A program made the position numbers and the translations under genes. Below are positions 1-10,373 of a stretch of DNA of 64,000 bases, one piece after another. Within the stretch, counting starts at the first letter, position 1. Every line of letters begins with the position of its first letter. Origin of the DNA: a virus. Its lineage: Duplodnaviria; Caudoviricetes. Below the pieces are notes generated by a model. That model was not told the origin of the DNA, did no database searches, and saw nothing but the letters and a program-made list of their open reading frames with translations. The stretch is taken from positions 3,692 to 67,691 of IMG/VR virus record IMGVR_UViG_3300042975_000105, one strand, 5' to 3'.

Positions 1-1025
1 ATCTGCTCGTTCGTCAGTTCCACGTTGGCCGCTTTTCCATTAAGCTTCAAATCCTTATAATCTGTAATGCCGCTGATGGAAAGGAGGAGTTTCCCCATCT
101 GGGCCAGGCTGACATAAGAAAGCGTGAAGCCCGTCTGCTTGAGATAGGCTGTCATGGCTGCCTTTACGGCATCGGGGCTGGCTGTGCCATAGACATCTGC
201 CGTCAAATCAATGGATAATGGCGCCGGCGAAACGACGGTCACGGTCGCACCGATAGGCCGCTGGCTTTCGATGTAGTCATAGACCTCCTGGATCAGTTCA
301 GCCGATGCCGATTCATTCTCTGCCGTGACGATGATGACCTTCACCGTGCCATTGCCCTGCCAGAGCGGGATGACTTTGCAGTTCCCGACGCCATCGACAG
401 ACATGGCCCAGTCACGATAATGATTGGCATTGCCCGAGGTGATAGGCTGGCGCACCCGGAACAGGAGCCGGGCAAGGAGTGCGTCATCCGTTTCTTCATC
501 CGCCCCATCGGTGCATTTCTTATGGTTAACGACTGCCGAGATATTCGGGATGGAATAGGGGATTTCTGTAATCGTTCCTTCGGCCACATTGCCACTCGCC
601 CCGGCATCGGCAGCTTCCACGGGAATCGTAACCTCAGCGGCATCAGCAGGAATGGTGGCCGACTCCAGGGTATAAAATCGCTGGCCGTCTTTTGTCTGGA
701 AGAGACTGCTGCGAATGATGTAGGCTCCTGCCATCCCCGTCACCGTAACTTCTCCTTTGGCCTTGACGGCTTTCTTGCGATCGACGCCAAATTCCGCTGC
801 CCGCAGCGTCAGGTAGTCGCCCCAGGACGTTTCGGCAAAGGCCGCGTCGCGCAACATGGCCATCTCGGCATAGCTGCTCTCAAATTCCACAGCATTGGCG
901 TCGATCAGGTCGCGGGCAAAGGTGCCTTCCATGGTACTTTGCTCTTTTTCCGTAATGGTGTGCAGGGTCTGGGCCATGCGGCTCTCAATCACATCTTTGG
1001 TCTGTGCATCAAATAAATTGCTCAT
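1..1025 (-). CDS. Baseplate J-like protein (partial, runs off the window)
   Basis: Hand translation from ATG at 1025 (MSNLFDAQTKDVIESRM...GADEETDDALLARLL...SGNANHYRDWAMSVDGV...WQGNGTVKV...RPIGA) is open to the window edge; absent from the ORF track because there is no stop. Confidence 0.88.
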   Translation of the reverse strand, partial: MSNLFDAQTKDVIESRMAQTLHTITEKEQSTMEGTFARDLIDANAVEFESSYAEMAMLRDAAFAETSWGDYLTLRAAEFGVDRKKAVKAKGEVTVTGMAGAYIIRSSLFQTKDGQRFYTLESATIPADAAEVTIPVEAADAGASGNVAEGTITEIPYSIPNISAVVNHKKCTDGADEETDDALLARLLFRVRQPITSGNANHYRDWAMSVDGVGNCKVIPLWQGNGTVKVIIVTAENESASAELIQEVYDYIESQRPIGATVTVVSPAPLSIDLTADVYGTASPDAVKAAMTAYLKQTGFTLSYVSLAQMGKLLLSISGITDYKDLKLNGKAANVELTNEQ

Positions 1026-1480
1026 GCCTCGCTCCTTCCTGCCGTCACGGTCAATGATTCGTCACTGTAAATGGAAGTGACGTCAACCGTAATGGCCAAA
1101 TCATCCCGTTCCCGCTTCTCCACCTCGATATGGTTAATGCGGGCAATGTACGGATTCACCATCAATCCCTCACGGATATTCTGGCAAATCCTGTCTGCCG
1201 TATACTGGCTGTTTGGCGCTCTCCCCTGATACGGCTCGATGGTAATGCCATAGCTGTCATCATAGGCCAAGTAGCGATACCGCTCGGTGAGGATTGCCTT
1301 ATAAATCCAGACCTTGAGGGCTTCATTTTCTGTCACCATCAGGTTCTGGCCTTTTTCATCGTAGCGGAAGCACTGCTTATCAAAGTCATAGCCGTATTCT
1401 ACGAAAAGAGGCAGCGACTCATTCCGGTGCGCTGCCTGGATGCTGTTCATTGCTACAAAAGGATCAGCCATGGCCATCAA
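1022..1480 (-). CDS. XkdS/DUF2634-like baseplate wedge protein
   Basis: EYGYDF...EALKVWIYKAILTERYRYLAY..YG motif; lies just upstream of baseplate J. Confidence 0.75.
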   Translation of the reverse strand: MMAMADPFVAMNSIQAAHRNESLPLFVEYGYDFDKQCFRYDEKGQNLMVTENEALKVWIYKAILTERYRYLAYDDSYGITIEPYQGRAPNSQYTADRICQNIREGLMVNPYIARINHIEVEKRERDDLAITVDVTSIYSDESLTVTAGRSEA

Positions 1481-1883
1481 TCCTCACAATCTCATCCAAA
1501 ATAATGTACTGCTGAATCCGGTCGTTGATGAGCATGGGCATGATGGCCACGTACATGCCGGGCTTTAGTGTATCCGTATAGATGACGGAATCGGTGTAGT
1601 CATTATCGATATCATGATTATGGGACTGGTAAGCCGCATCACCGCTGCCGCCGGCACGATTCTGTGTCGCCGATACCAGATGCCCTTTAGCTGTGCGGCC
1701 ATAACCTGCCAGGAGATAATGGGAAATCCACAGCTCCTCTTTGGTCAAAATGATGCCATTGTAGCGGACCTTGATATCTGGCGGCGAAGCCAGGATCTGC
1801 CCGATTTGAATGTCCGGGCTGTTGCTGCTGCGGCTGACCTGCTCCATCAGATTCAGCAGGCTGATATACGGATTTTTCTGCAC
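1464..1883 (-). CDS. XkdR/DUF2577-like baseplate spike protein
   Basis: Likely GTG start at 1883 (MQKNPYISLL...IGQILASPPDIKV...LKPGMYVA); position between hub and wedge genes. Confidence 0.65.
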   Translation of the reverse strand: MQKNPYISLLNLMEQVSRSSNSPDIQIGQILASPPDIKVRYNGIILTKEELWISHYLLAGYGRTAKGHLVSATQNRAGGSGDAAYQSHNHDIDNDYTDSVIYTDTLKPGMYVAIMPMLINDRIQQYIILDEIVRIDGHG

Positions 1884-1887
1884 ACGC

Positions 1888-3417
1888 TCACCCCCTTGAG
1901 GTCTTGATAATCGTTGCCGGATAATAGTCGCTCCCCATATCGATGCTGCCTTCGTAGTGATGAAAACAGCCATAGACATTGGAGCTGTTGCCCCAGCAGC
2001 CGCCGCTCCCGTCATAGATGACGACATGCCAGTTCGGATCCGGCTTGCTGTAGCGGTTGTACATGATGATGTCGCCCTTTTCGAGCTGCGACGGGTCATA
2101 AGGGATAGCCAGACCCTGCGCTTCGGCATCGGCCCGCAGCTGATCGCAGCCTTTCACGCCATTGTTATATTCCTGCGCTGCAAAAGGTGAATAGCCCGCC
2201 GCAGCGATGGTCGCCCGGTCGACACAGCCTTCTGAGCCATAGGGAGAAACGGTACCCTCGAAATTGGCCATACACGCATCGACCACACTGCTGCCAGCCA
2301 CAGCGCCACCTGTAGAAACAGAAGATGTCGATTCCGTTTCCGCTGGCGGCACATAATCCGGGTTGGCATTGTACGATGTACTGTCCAGTTCCTGTTTCTG
2401 CTCATCCAGCAGTTTGTTGAACACCAGATGCAGCTCCATCAGGTGCTTGTTGCCTTCGATTTTATGGCTGTCTGACTTGATGAAGAACTGGCCCTTGAGC
2501 TGTTCTTCCTGGATTGAGACAGAAAACCCGGCGATACACTGGATATGACCGATGGCCCGGATGGACATGTCATGGGCGACGGTCTTCAGCATGGCCCTTG
2601 CCTGCGAGGCATCGTCCTGCTTGGGGTCGGCCTTGCAAATGGCCTGGATGAGACCGAATCGGTCGATATCCGTCTGATTGGGCAGTTCGCCTTTCGTCTG
2701 CCCGGCACTGTCGACGACGATGACCTTAGAAACCATGTCTTCGACCGACTCCGACACGGAAGCGCCGGTCAGGTTTGTCACATCGCTGATCAGGAAATCT
2801 TCCACCACCTGGTCGTTCATGCAGACCACGTTGAGCTTCCCTTCGGTCATGTAGATATGGTATCCCTTGCCATCTTGTGCGGATTGATAGGATAATGCCT
2901 GCTTGATAGCCTCCGTAGCCGAGATATCATCGGCAATGAAATTGCAGGTGACGGACAGGTCGGGAATAGTCCCGGCCGGAATAGAAAAGTCATTGATGGT
3001 CTGGCGGATGGCGTCGGCCACTGTGACGTTCGTGTACTTCTTGGTTATGCGGGACTTGGCCAGATAGACGATATTGTCAAAGGCTGTAAAATGCATCACG
3101 GAAGAGCCGCTCTCCCGGCTGCGGCCAAAAATACGTCCCTGGAACAGGTGGACAGTCTGCTGCGTCTTATCGTCAATGTGGATAAACAGCACCTCGTCCC
3201 CCAGTTCCAGTTCCGGATTCTGCCAAGATTTATCCCGCGTCGTATAGGCCAGGTCGAATTCCAGCCTGCGTCCGGCCTGCTCGACGTCCCCGGACCAAGT
3301 TGCACAAATCAGCCAGCCCGTAAGGTCTGCGTTCTCGGGCTTTTTCTGGCCTTCCGTCTGAGCATCCTCGGTATTGGTTTTCTTATTGATTCTTTGCAAC
3401 TGGAACATTTTCATCAT
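1888..3417 (-). CDS. XkdQ-like baseplate hub with a C-terminal NlpC/P60-like cell-wall hydrolase domain
   Basis: N-terminal WSGD..QAGRRLEF / F.GRIF hub motifs; Ser/Thr linker; C-terminal GCVD...KGDIIMY...WHVVIYDG (Cys/His dyad). Confidence 0.75.
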   Translation of the reverse strand: MMKMFQLQRINKKTNTEDAQTEGQKKPENADLTGWLICATWSGDVEQAGRRLEFDLAYTTRDKSWQNPELELGDEVLFIHIDDKTQQTVHLFQGRIFGRSRESGSSVMHFTAFDNIVYLAKSRITKKYTNVTVADAIRQTINDFSIPAGTIPDLSVTCNFIADDISATEAIKQALSYQSAQDGKGYHIYMTEGKLNVVCMNDQVVEDFLISDVTNLTGASVSESVEDMVSKVIVVDSAGQTKGELPNQTDIDRFGLIQAICKADPKQDDASQARAMLKTVAHDMSIRAIGHIQCIAGFSVSIQEEQLKGQFFIKSDSHKIEGNKHLMELHLVFNKLLDEQKQELDSTSYNANPDYVPPAETESTSSVSTGGAVAGSSVVDACMANFEGTVSPYGSEGCVDRATIAAAGYSPFAAQEYNNGVKGCDQLRADAEAQGLAIPYDPSQLEKGDIIMYNRYSKPDPNWHVVIYDGSGGCWGNSSNVYGCFHHYEGSIDMGSDYYPATIIKTSRG

Positions 3418-4117
3418 TCCTTTTGAGGTTCATCGTCGTCAGGCGGATGATATCCCCGGGCGAAAGACCGCCGTTACGGACGATGCTACGATAGATCTGG
3501 AACTTCGAGAACTGCTCATTGTTGAGCGTCACCGATTTCCCCACGGCCCGGCCGATGACGTTCCCAATACTGTCACCGGGATAATAGGTGATGTTCTTCT
3601 TCATCTTCGACCAGAACGATTCCGGCCGCTTCTTCAGCCCTGTCGCAGCATCGGTCTTTCCCGTCTCCGGTGCTGTGACGTAGCGGTACTCTGTCAGGCC
3701 CAGCTCGTAATAGACATCGCCGCTGCCGTCCTTTTCACCAAACTTGAAGGACGAAATCAGGCAGGGCATGGAAAGCGGCGTATCCGACACCGTCAGCTGA
3801 CAGACGCTGTCACCGGTACGCATCGTTTCCAGTTGGGCGATGTATGTATAAGGCGCAAGGCCCATCATGGCAAAGGGATAATCCTGTGCTGGGAAAAATC
3901 CGGAAAGGGTCAGTGTCCTGAGTCCCGTCTTTCCCATCATGAGGTAGTCGCCGAAGTTATTGATGTTCACCGTGCCATGATTCGTATTGACAGATACCAT
4001 CAGCTCCGAAGGCAGGACGGGAAAGACCACCGCTGCCGATTCAGAAGAGAGAGAAATTGTGAGGGAAGATGCAGCCTGGCCGATGGCGTTCAACAGGGAT
4101 GCTAAGAAAGGACTCAT
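3383..4117 (-). CDS. XkdP-like tail tube initiator protein
   Basis: FPVLPSEL, GL..LTLSGFFP, GDVYYELGLTEY motifs; directly after the tape measure gene. Confidence 0.7.
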   Translation of the reverse strand: MSPFLASLLNAIGQAASSLTISLSSESAAVVFPVLPSELMVSVNTNHGTVNINNFGDYLMMGKTGLRTLTLSGFFPAQDYPFAMMGLAPYTYIAQLETMRTGDSVCQLTVSDTPLSMPCLISSFKFGEKDGSGDVYYELGLTEYRYVTAPETGKTDAATGLKKRPESFWSKMKKNITYYPGDSIGNVIGRAVGKSVTLNNEQFSKFQIYRSIVRNGGLSPGDIIRLTTMNLKRNDENVPVAKNQ

Positions 4118-6238
4118 CAGAGGGTCGCTCCTTTCATGCGGTTCATGCCGTACAGTCTCATTTTTTCGACGAGTTTTTCAGCGACGGCGTCGATGTCCTG
4201 CTCGCTGCGGACGTTCATCGTATCAATGCAGATGGTGATGCCGCCGCTGCCGGCGTTCATGGCCTGGCGGATGCTTTCATCATGAGGTATGACCGTACTG
4301 CCATTGGGCAGGTGTACCAGCTCGCCCCGGCGGTCTTCATTGATGACGGCAAAGCCGCCACGAAAGTTCTCGACACCGCTTTCAAAGTGGCTGATGCTTG
4401 GGATATCAAAGCCCACATGGGTCGGCGCCCCTCCCGTCAGGGACGGAATGTCGATAGACAGGCCGTTGATGCTGGAAATCAGGCCGTTCACCTGGTCGAT
4501 GACCCAGTTCACACCGCTACGGAAGGTGTCCTTGATACTCTCCCAGATACTGGAGGCCGTCTCGCTGATACCGTTCATGGCTCCGTCCCAGGCAGAACTG
4601 ATCCAGTTCATCCCCGCATCGACGGCGTCCGATACAGCCTGTATAGCCTGTTCGATATAATGCGACACGGTATCCCAGTTCCTCCACAGAAGGTACAAGG
4701 CAGCAATAATCGCGGCAATGATGATAATGATGGGATTGGCCATGGCTGCGGCGCCTACGGCACGGATGATGGTGATCATCATGCGTCCGGCAGTCAGAAA
4801 GGTACTGCCCATGCCCCTGGCCACGATGGCAATGCCCCGGCAGACCGGAATGAGTCCTTTGAACTGAGTCGAGAGATACTTCGAGACACTGCCGGCTTTG
4901 CTGATGCCCGTGGCAATAGAGTTGAAAGTACCAAAAGCCCTGCCGCCGACCGTCAGGATACGGCCCAGGGTCGAACCGAAGAGCTGGAAGGTCACGATGC
5001 CGAAAGCCACCTGGCCGATCAGCGTTTTCTGTTCCGGTGTCAGTGTCCGGAACCAGGCAGCCAGTTCCTTGACGCGCATCGACATGACCTTGAAGTACGG
5101 CGTAAACGACACCGCTAAATCCATGCCGGCATTCTTCAGCTGGTTCATGGCAATCTGCATCTGCTCCGACGGGGTCAGCATCTTCTCATAAGCTTCCCGG
5201 GTCATACCGGCAGACTGGGCCATCTGGTCCATGACCTTATCGAAGTCCCCGGCTCCCTTGCCCGTCAGGACCAGGATGCTGTTCAGGCCCTCGACAGAGC
5301 CAAAGAGCTGGGCCATCTGTTCGGCATCGCCGCCTGTCGACCGCTTCACTTCGTCCAAGGAACTTCACCCAGCCCACGCTCTGCAGATGAGCCGCATTGA
5401 ACTCAAGGCCAAGGGACTGAGCCAGTTTCGCCGCTTCGGCAGACGGCTTCAGGATGTTGCTGTAAGCCGCCTTGAGTCCGGTAATGGCCTCGCTGGTCCG
5501 GATACCGTTCTTGGTCAGGACGGCGATGGAACCGAACAGTTCCTGGGTACTGACATTGAGCTGTGCCGCAATGGGAATGACATTGCCCATGGACTGGGCC
5601 ATCTCGCCAAAGGATGTCTTGCCGAAGTTCTGTGCCAGGAGCATCTGGTCCGTCACCGCCGTGGCTTCTTCTGCCGATTTTCCATAGGCATTGAGGACCG
5701 TGGTCACACCGTTAACGGCAGTCGTCGTGTCGGTGAAGCCGGCTTTCGCAGCAATTGTCATGTCTTTGACAAAGCCCACGGCATGGGCCGCATCGACACC
5801 AGCGGAAATGGCCTGGTAGACCGATTCCGAAAGATCAGCGACACCTGCGCCCGTTTCATCGCTGACAGCACGAATCTCATCACTGACCTTCTGCATGGAA
5901 ACGACCGTCGTGTCGACCAAAGTCGAAATCTTGGCGATACCGTTGGCAAAGTCGCTGTGCAGCTTGAAGCCTGCCGTTGCGGCTGCCAGGATGGGGGCTG
6001 ACAGCAGGGCCATCTTGTCTGATAAGCCGGAAATCTTGCTTCCCGTCTGCTCGATGCTCTTCGCCGTCCGTTTCTGAATGCGCTCATGCTCCGTCAGCTT
6101 GTCCGACAGTCCGCTGACCGACTGTTTCGCCGCCGCCATCTGGGTCTTCATGGTCCCCAGGCTGGCATTGACGCTACGCACGGTCGGCGTGAACAAATCC
6201 CGCAGCCGGATGGCGGCATCGATGACATTATTGGCCAT
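4117..6238 (-). pseudogene. Tape measure protein split by a +1 frameshift near 5357
   Basis: ORFs 5237-6238 and 4117-5358 join (GWVKFL-DEVKRSTGGD) if one base is removed from TTCCTTGGAC; TP901-type TMP core followed by Ala/Ile-rich and W-repeat segments. Confidence 0.85.
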
Positions 6239-6318
6239 GCTGTTTCACCTCTCAATGTTGTTACAGATATTAAAAATATAGTAAGATAAAAGAAATCTAT
6301 CGTTACGGAGGAATTCCA

Positions 6319-7014
6319 ATGCGCTATTTCAATGAAACAGAAAAAAGATTAGCTGAACGATATCACCATATGGAGCTTGGTACTTGCAAAATCTGTGAAG
6401 AATGTCACAAGAAAGAACATTTATCCTTACCGATTGGCTGCTGGTGCGTAGGTTCCGATTTTAATAAAACTTCCAAGAGAATTCTATTTGTCGGTAAAAA
6501 TGCCAGAAACAATCCCGGCACGATTGAAGACGGCTTCCGCAATCCCTTTCAATATACCCGTGAATCTCTGTGGAACAAAAGCTGGCCATATTGGAGCTAT
6601 ACTCGTGCTATCACTCAGAGAATATTCGGTGACGATTCTATAGAACACATCGCATTTACCAATATTGTCAAATGCAACAATTCCGGAGGAAAGGATACTA
6701 CCTCAGATTTTGTAAAATCCAACTGTATCCTAAACCTAAAAGTCCTTCAGCAGGAATTAAAGGTAATACATCCTACTCATATCATTTTTTATACATCTTG
6801 GTATTATGACGATTACATCCCTAACGTTTTTGACCGTTATAATATTCATTACAACGGTTCTAAAGACATTGGGAAAAGAAAAATGCCCTGGCAGGAAGCC
6901 ATTTCCACTCTGGGCAATCAAACCTTTCATGTACTACGTGTCGGCCACCCACAATGCAAGAAAAAAAGCGACTTCGTCTATGAAATATCTAAGTGGCTTG
7001 AGCCTGCCTTATGA
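6319..7014 (+). CDS. Uracil-DNA-glycosylase-superfamily protein (AT-rich moron)
   Basis: ILFVGKN, FTNIVKCN and LRVGHP match UDG-fold motifs; RBS GGAGG; opposite strand to and lower GC than the tail genes. Confidence 0.7.
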   Translation: MRYFNETEKRLAERYHHMELGTCKICEECHKKEHLSLPIGCWCVGSDFNKTSKRILFVGKNARNNPGTIEDGFRNPFQYTRESLWNKSWPYWSYTRAITQRIFGDDSIEHIAFTNIVKCNNSGGKDTTSDFVKSNCILNLKVLQQELKVIHPTHIIFYTSWYYDDYIPNVFDRYNIHYNGSKDIGKRKMPWQEAISTLGNQTFHVLRVGHPQCKKKSDFVYEISKWLEPAL

Positions 7015-7044
7015 CTTTATGGCAGATAGCCGTATTTTCAGCAG

Positions 7045-7188
7045 TTAATCCGATAATGCTGAAGATACTTTTTTATCGCGTTCTTCCATCTCATAGCGGA
7101 TAAAAGCATACAGCACCTGCCGTTCGCCGTATCCCAGTTTCATGACCGCTGACGGCAGCAGGTGATGCTCCCGGAACAATAGATACAT
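7045..7188 (-). CDS. Tail assembly chaperone, downstream (T-like) segment
   Basis: MYLLFREHHLLPSAVMKLGYGERQVLYAFIRYEMEER; lies in the -1 frame after the slippery site at 7218-7224. Confidence 0.65.
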   Translation of the reverse strand: MYLLFREHHLLPSAVMKLGYGERQVLYAFIRYEMEERDKKVSSALSD

Positions 7189-7214
7189 CGCCTGCACCTC
7201 GCCATCGGTCCGAA

Positions 7215-7632
7215 TCAGTTTTTTACGGCTTTGTCCGCCTTTTCCTGGGTCGTATAGCCGTTAAGTTCTGTAATCTGTGCCGTAAGGTCAGGCAATCTCT
7301 CCGGCCAGGAAGAGCTTGCGGATGATATCACCAGGGAGTACGGCCCCGAATTTTTCCAGCAGGTCCTTATTCTTGAGGTCCGGGTCTGCAATCCCTGCCA
7401 GGAGCGTCTGGGTCTGCATCTGATAAATATCGATGTTATCGGCGCTGCCATTAGTGAAGTCCACGGCCATCTTCTGGATATCCGCATAGCGTTCCGGGTC
7501 GATGGCCCGGAGCGTGATGACAAAATCGAACCCGAACAGCTTCGAGAGCCGTTCCATCTTCACTTTCTTTTCAGGCCGTTCGGCCAGCTTGTTCACTACA
7601 TCTGCTTTCAACAGTCGGTCTACCATATTCAT
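7215..7632 (-). pseudogene. XkdN-like tail assembly chaperone with an apparent +1 frameshift near 7290
   Basis: ORF stops at LAGEIA*; removing one base from ATTGCCTGACC gives LAGEIADLTAQITELNGY...KAVKN, ending on the slippery site. Confidence 0.72.
7218..7224 (-). other. Programmed -1 ribosomal frameshift heptamer A AAA AAC
   Basis: GTA AAA AAC TGA ends the chaperone ORF; the -1 frame continues KKLIRTDGEVQAMYLLF; canonical position between tail tube and tape measure genes. Confidence 0.7.
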
Positions 7633-7645
7633 GTGCTTGTTCTCC

Positions 7646-8074
7646 TTATGCTAAATCCAAGAGGTCCCAGTCCGAGAAGGTGAAGCTGTAGCTTTCCTCA
7701 CCCATCTTGTCCACTTCCCAGTCGGCCAGAATCAGGCTGTCAAAGGTCGCATCCTTGATGACGATGCGTTCGCTGCCAATGGCATCCTTGTCATCCAGGA
7801 CGGAAACGATAGTCACCACGGTCTGTTTGCCCGCCTTGATGTTGTCGTTCATCTTCCTGATCATGTAGCTGGACACTTTGTGGAGCTTCAGTTCCCCTTT
7901 GCAGTCATACCCCGTGACCTTGTAGCCCTTGCCCACATGGCGGAGCATCTTCACTTCCTCCTTGGTCAGCGTGACCTCGGCCTTAAAGGCGGTGGCTTCG
8001 GCCATCAGGTCGCCATCGATATAGAGGTCGGCGTACTTACCGTTCATGACCCGTTTGGCTTCCATACTGTTCAT
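7646..8074 (-). CDS. Tail tube protein (XkdM family)
   Basis: NGKYADLYIDG, GYDCKGELKLHKV, GEESYSFTFSDW motifs. Confidence 0.9.
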   Translation of the reverse strand: MNSMEAKRVMNGKYADLYIDGDLMAEATAFKAEVTLTKEEVKMLRHVGKGYKVTGYDCKGELKLHKVSSYMIRKMNDNIKAGKQTVVTIVSVLDDKDAIGSERIVIKDATFDSLILADWEVDKMGEESYSFTFSDWDLLDLA

Positions 8075-8087
8075 ACTGCCTCACCTC

Positions 8088-9170
8088 CTAGATATGAATG
8101 GTTACCGTCACGTCTTCCATGGCATCCAGGAGCGACGCCTTGACGGCGATGAATACGTTACTTCCGATATTGGCCAGCTTGATGTCCATTTCAGACATAT
8201 CCGCCAGTTCTGCTTTAGTATATTTGCCGTTGAATTCCAGCCAGATTTTGGTGGATTCCACATCGATATAGGCTGTGTTCTGGTCCTGTTCCAGCAGCCC
8301 TTCCTGGGCCAGCTGGTCAAGATATCCCTGGATGGCCGTCACCAAGAGGCAGCGGTTCGCATAGCTGTTGGCGTACTTCCCGAGGTAATGGTCCTGGGCC
8401 GTCGTGCGGATATCATCGTGCATCATATCCATCAGGTCCACGAGCTTGATTTTCTGGAAACTCATCCCCTTGTCCTGGACGGTGGTCACCAGAGAGTTGA
8501 TGCCCCGGGCCAGTTTCACCTTTTCGCCGTCAAAGAAGAAGAACAGCTTCCCTGCCCCGGCCATGGTGTCCATTTCCTCTTTCGTCCACACATCGCAGCC
8601 GATGACTTCCGGCAGCGGTGCGTAGGTGCAGGAAATCGTCATGGGCGTCCCGGCGATGATGCCGGCAATGCGGCTGCAGTACTGGGCCGTCGTATAGGTC
8701 TTGCTCTTCGTGCGGATGGTCTTGTTGACGAAGTTGATGACGCCTTCCGTGTCGGCGGTGCAGTCCGGCAGCACGGCTTTAATCATCTTGTCTTTATTGG
8801 TACGCATCCCTTTGACCCAGGTGGCGATAGTATCAATATGCGCCGTTTCAATATCCGGGATAACCAGATAATCGAAGCGTTTATTTTCAATAACCTTCAG
8901 AATATCTGTATAGTCTTCCGTCTCACTGCTGATGATTTCAGCAATGACCTTCTTCGGACTGTTTACATAACCCCGGAGCGCCAGCTCCATCTGTTCCCGG
9001 TTGCTGTCCGACAGTTCCTTGGGAATATCATCTGCCGTGTACAGGTTCACTTCCGTTTCTGAAGGCAACGTCTCTTCCTTCAGAATCATCAGGACAATGC
9101 CTCGTTCACTTCGCTCAATGGCACTAATGCCTTTTTCCTTGAACACGACGTTAATGGATGGCATTTTCAT
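8088..9170 (-). CDS. Tail sheath protein (XkdK-like)
   Basis: MPSINVVF..., RIAGIIAGTP...S.TYAPL, RGINSL, GKYANSYAN motifs. Confidence 0.9.
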   Translation of the reverse strand: MKMPSINVVFKEKGISAIERSERGIVLMILKEETLPSETEVNLYTADDIPKELSDSNREQMELALRGYVNSPKKVIAEIISSETEDYTDILKVIENKRFDYLVIPDIETAHIDTIATWVKGMRTNKDKMIKAVLPDCTADTEGVINFVNKTIRTKSKTYTTAQYCSRIAGIIAGTPMTISCTYAPLPEVIGCDVWTKEEMDTMAGAGKLFFFFDGEKVKLARGINSLVTTVQDKGMSFQKIKLVDLMDMMHDDIRTTAQDHYLGKYANSYANRCLLVTAIQGYLDQLAQEGLLEQDQNTAYIDVESTKIWLEFNGKYTKAELADMSEMDIKLANIGSNVFIAVKASLLDAMEDVTVTIHI

Positions 9171-9615
9171 GTTTCGTTGTCTCCTTTCCCCGATACCGCT
9201 GATGCAATACCTTCATCAGTTCAGCGGTTTCCGTTTCATCGGCGGAATCATAATATTGGATAGTCATCGTCACCCGTCCGCCGTCATTGTCCTGCCCCAT
9301 AAGTTCTTCACTCAGACTCAGGACAGCAAAAAACCTGTCCTGGACGGCAATTCCGTCACGGAACAGGTCTTCAGCGGCAGCCAGCACTTCATATATGGAT
9401 GTGCTGGCTGCCTGTTTCTGCGGTATATAGGTGATGTAAATATCCGTATCCCGGTATACTTCCTTATCGCCCTGCGGCGAAGTTATTGTCATAGACTTCA
9501 GAAAAAATGCGGGTGGCCAGAATCCTTCTTTCACGTCCTGTAAGTACACGGGATACGGGAACTGTTCTTTCAGTTTTTGTTGCACAGCCTGCAGGATGTC
9601 GATGTCGTGAATCAT
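9151..9615 (-). CDS. Tail completion/terminator protein
   Basis: Position upstream of sheath; VKEGFWPPAFF motif. Confidence 0.6.
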   Translation of the reverse strand: MIHDIDILQAVQQKLKEQFPYPVYLQDVKEGFWPPAFFLKSMTITSPQGDKEVYRDTDIYITYIPQKQAASTSIYEVLAAAEDLFRDGIAVQDRFFAVLSLSEELMGQDNDGGRVTMTIQYYDSADETETAELMKVLHQRYRGKETTKHENAIH

Positions 9616-10031
9616 AGGCCGCCTGCTTTCTTGATGAGTTTCTTTGTGAGTTTTTCCAGGCCGGGCTGCAAGTCCTGGGCTTCGAACATCTTCACGGCTT
9701 TTTCCGTGTAATGCTGGCCTTCGTAATAGCCTACGGTTCTGCCGCCAGGCGTTTTCTTGACATGCCCGTTATTCAGCAGGTGATGCACCGGGTGCTTGTT
9801 CGTCAGCTCATAGGTCAGCTCTGAACCGTTATAGCCTTTTACCTTGTGCTTCCATCCCTTCTTCAATTTGCCCGTACTGCCTTCCGGGGTCTGGTTTACA
9901 CATTCCTTCTTGAGCTTGTTGCCAACCGTCACCAGCCCCTTTTCGGCGGTTCCTGGAAATTCCTCGATAGCAGAGAGCAGTTTGCCGGACAATTCGTCTA
10001 TCCCCTTAATATCAAAATCACTGTTGCTCAT
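9612..10031 (-). CDS. HK97 gp10-like neck protein
   Basis: TPEGSTGKLKKGW, HLLNNGH motifs. Confidence 0.75.
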   Translation of the reverse strand: MSNSDFDIKGIDELSGKLLSAIEEFPGTAEKGLVTVGNKLKKECVNQTPEGSTGKLKKGWKHKVKGYNGSELTYELTNKHPVHHLLNNGHVKKTPGGRTVGYYEGQHYTEKAVKMFEAQDLQPGLEKLTKKLIKKAGGL

Positions 10032-10359
10032 TGTCCTGCCCCCTGATTTCTTCCGTACAGTACAGTTCTAGGGATTCGTGGCGCATATACGGATCTACTA
10101 TCGTATCGATGTCATACAGATGATCCTGATATTTCACCTTCATGTCGTGGGTAATGCCAGGCCGCCAGCGGATGGTGATTTTGCTGTATTCCGTATCCGC
10201 CTTGCGCTCCATTTCATAGAACACCTTGCCCCTGGCAGGCTCGATGGATGCCCAGCAGGTACAATGAACCACATCTTGTAACGTATCGAATCCCAAATCG
10301 TCAGTCTGCGCTTTCCGGCTGATAATCTGCACTCTCTTGTTAAGTTTTCCCATCTGCAT
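10018..10359 (-). CDS. Head closure (head-tail joining) protein
   Basis: MQMGKLNKRVQI...WASI...ITIRWRPGITHDMKV...YDIDTI. Confidence 0.85.
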   Translation of the reverse strand: MQMGKLNKRVQIISRKAQTDDLGFDTLQDVVHCTCWASIEPARGKVFYEMERKADTEYSKITIRWRPGITHDMKVKYQDHLYDIDTIVDPYMRHESLELYCTEEIRGQDNEQQ

Positions 10360-10373
10360 TGCGCTCTCCCCTT

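Noticed and set aside
5350-5360. Programmed frameshift as the cause of the split tape measure, portal or primase genes
   Set aside because: The needed shift falls on no XXXYYYZ heptamer in TMP or portal, and these proteins are not known to be recoded; error or decay is simpler
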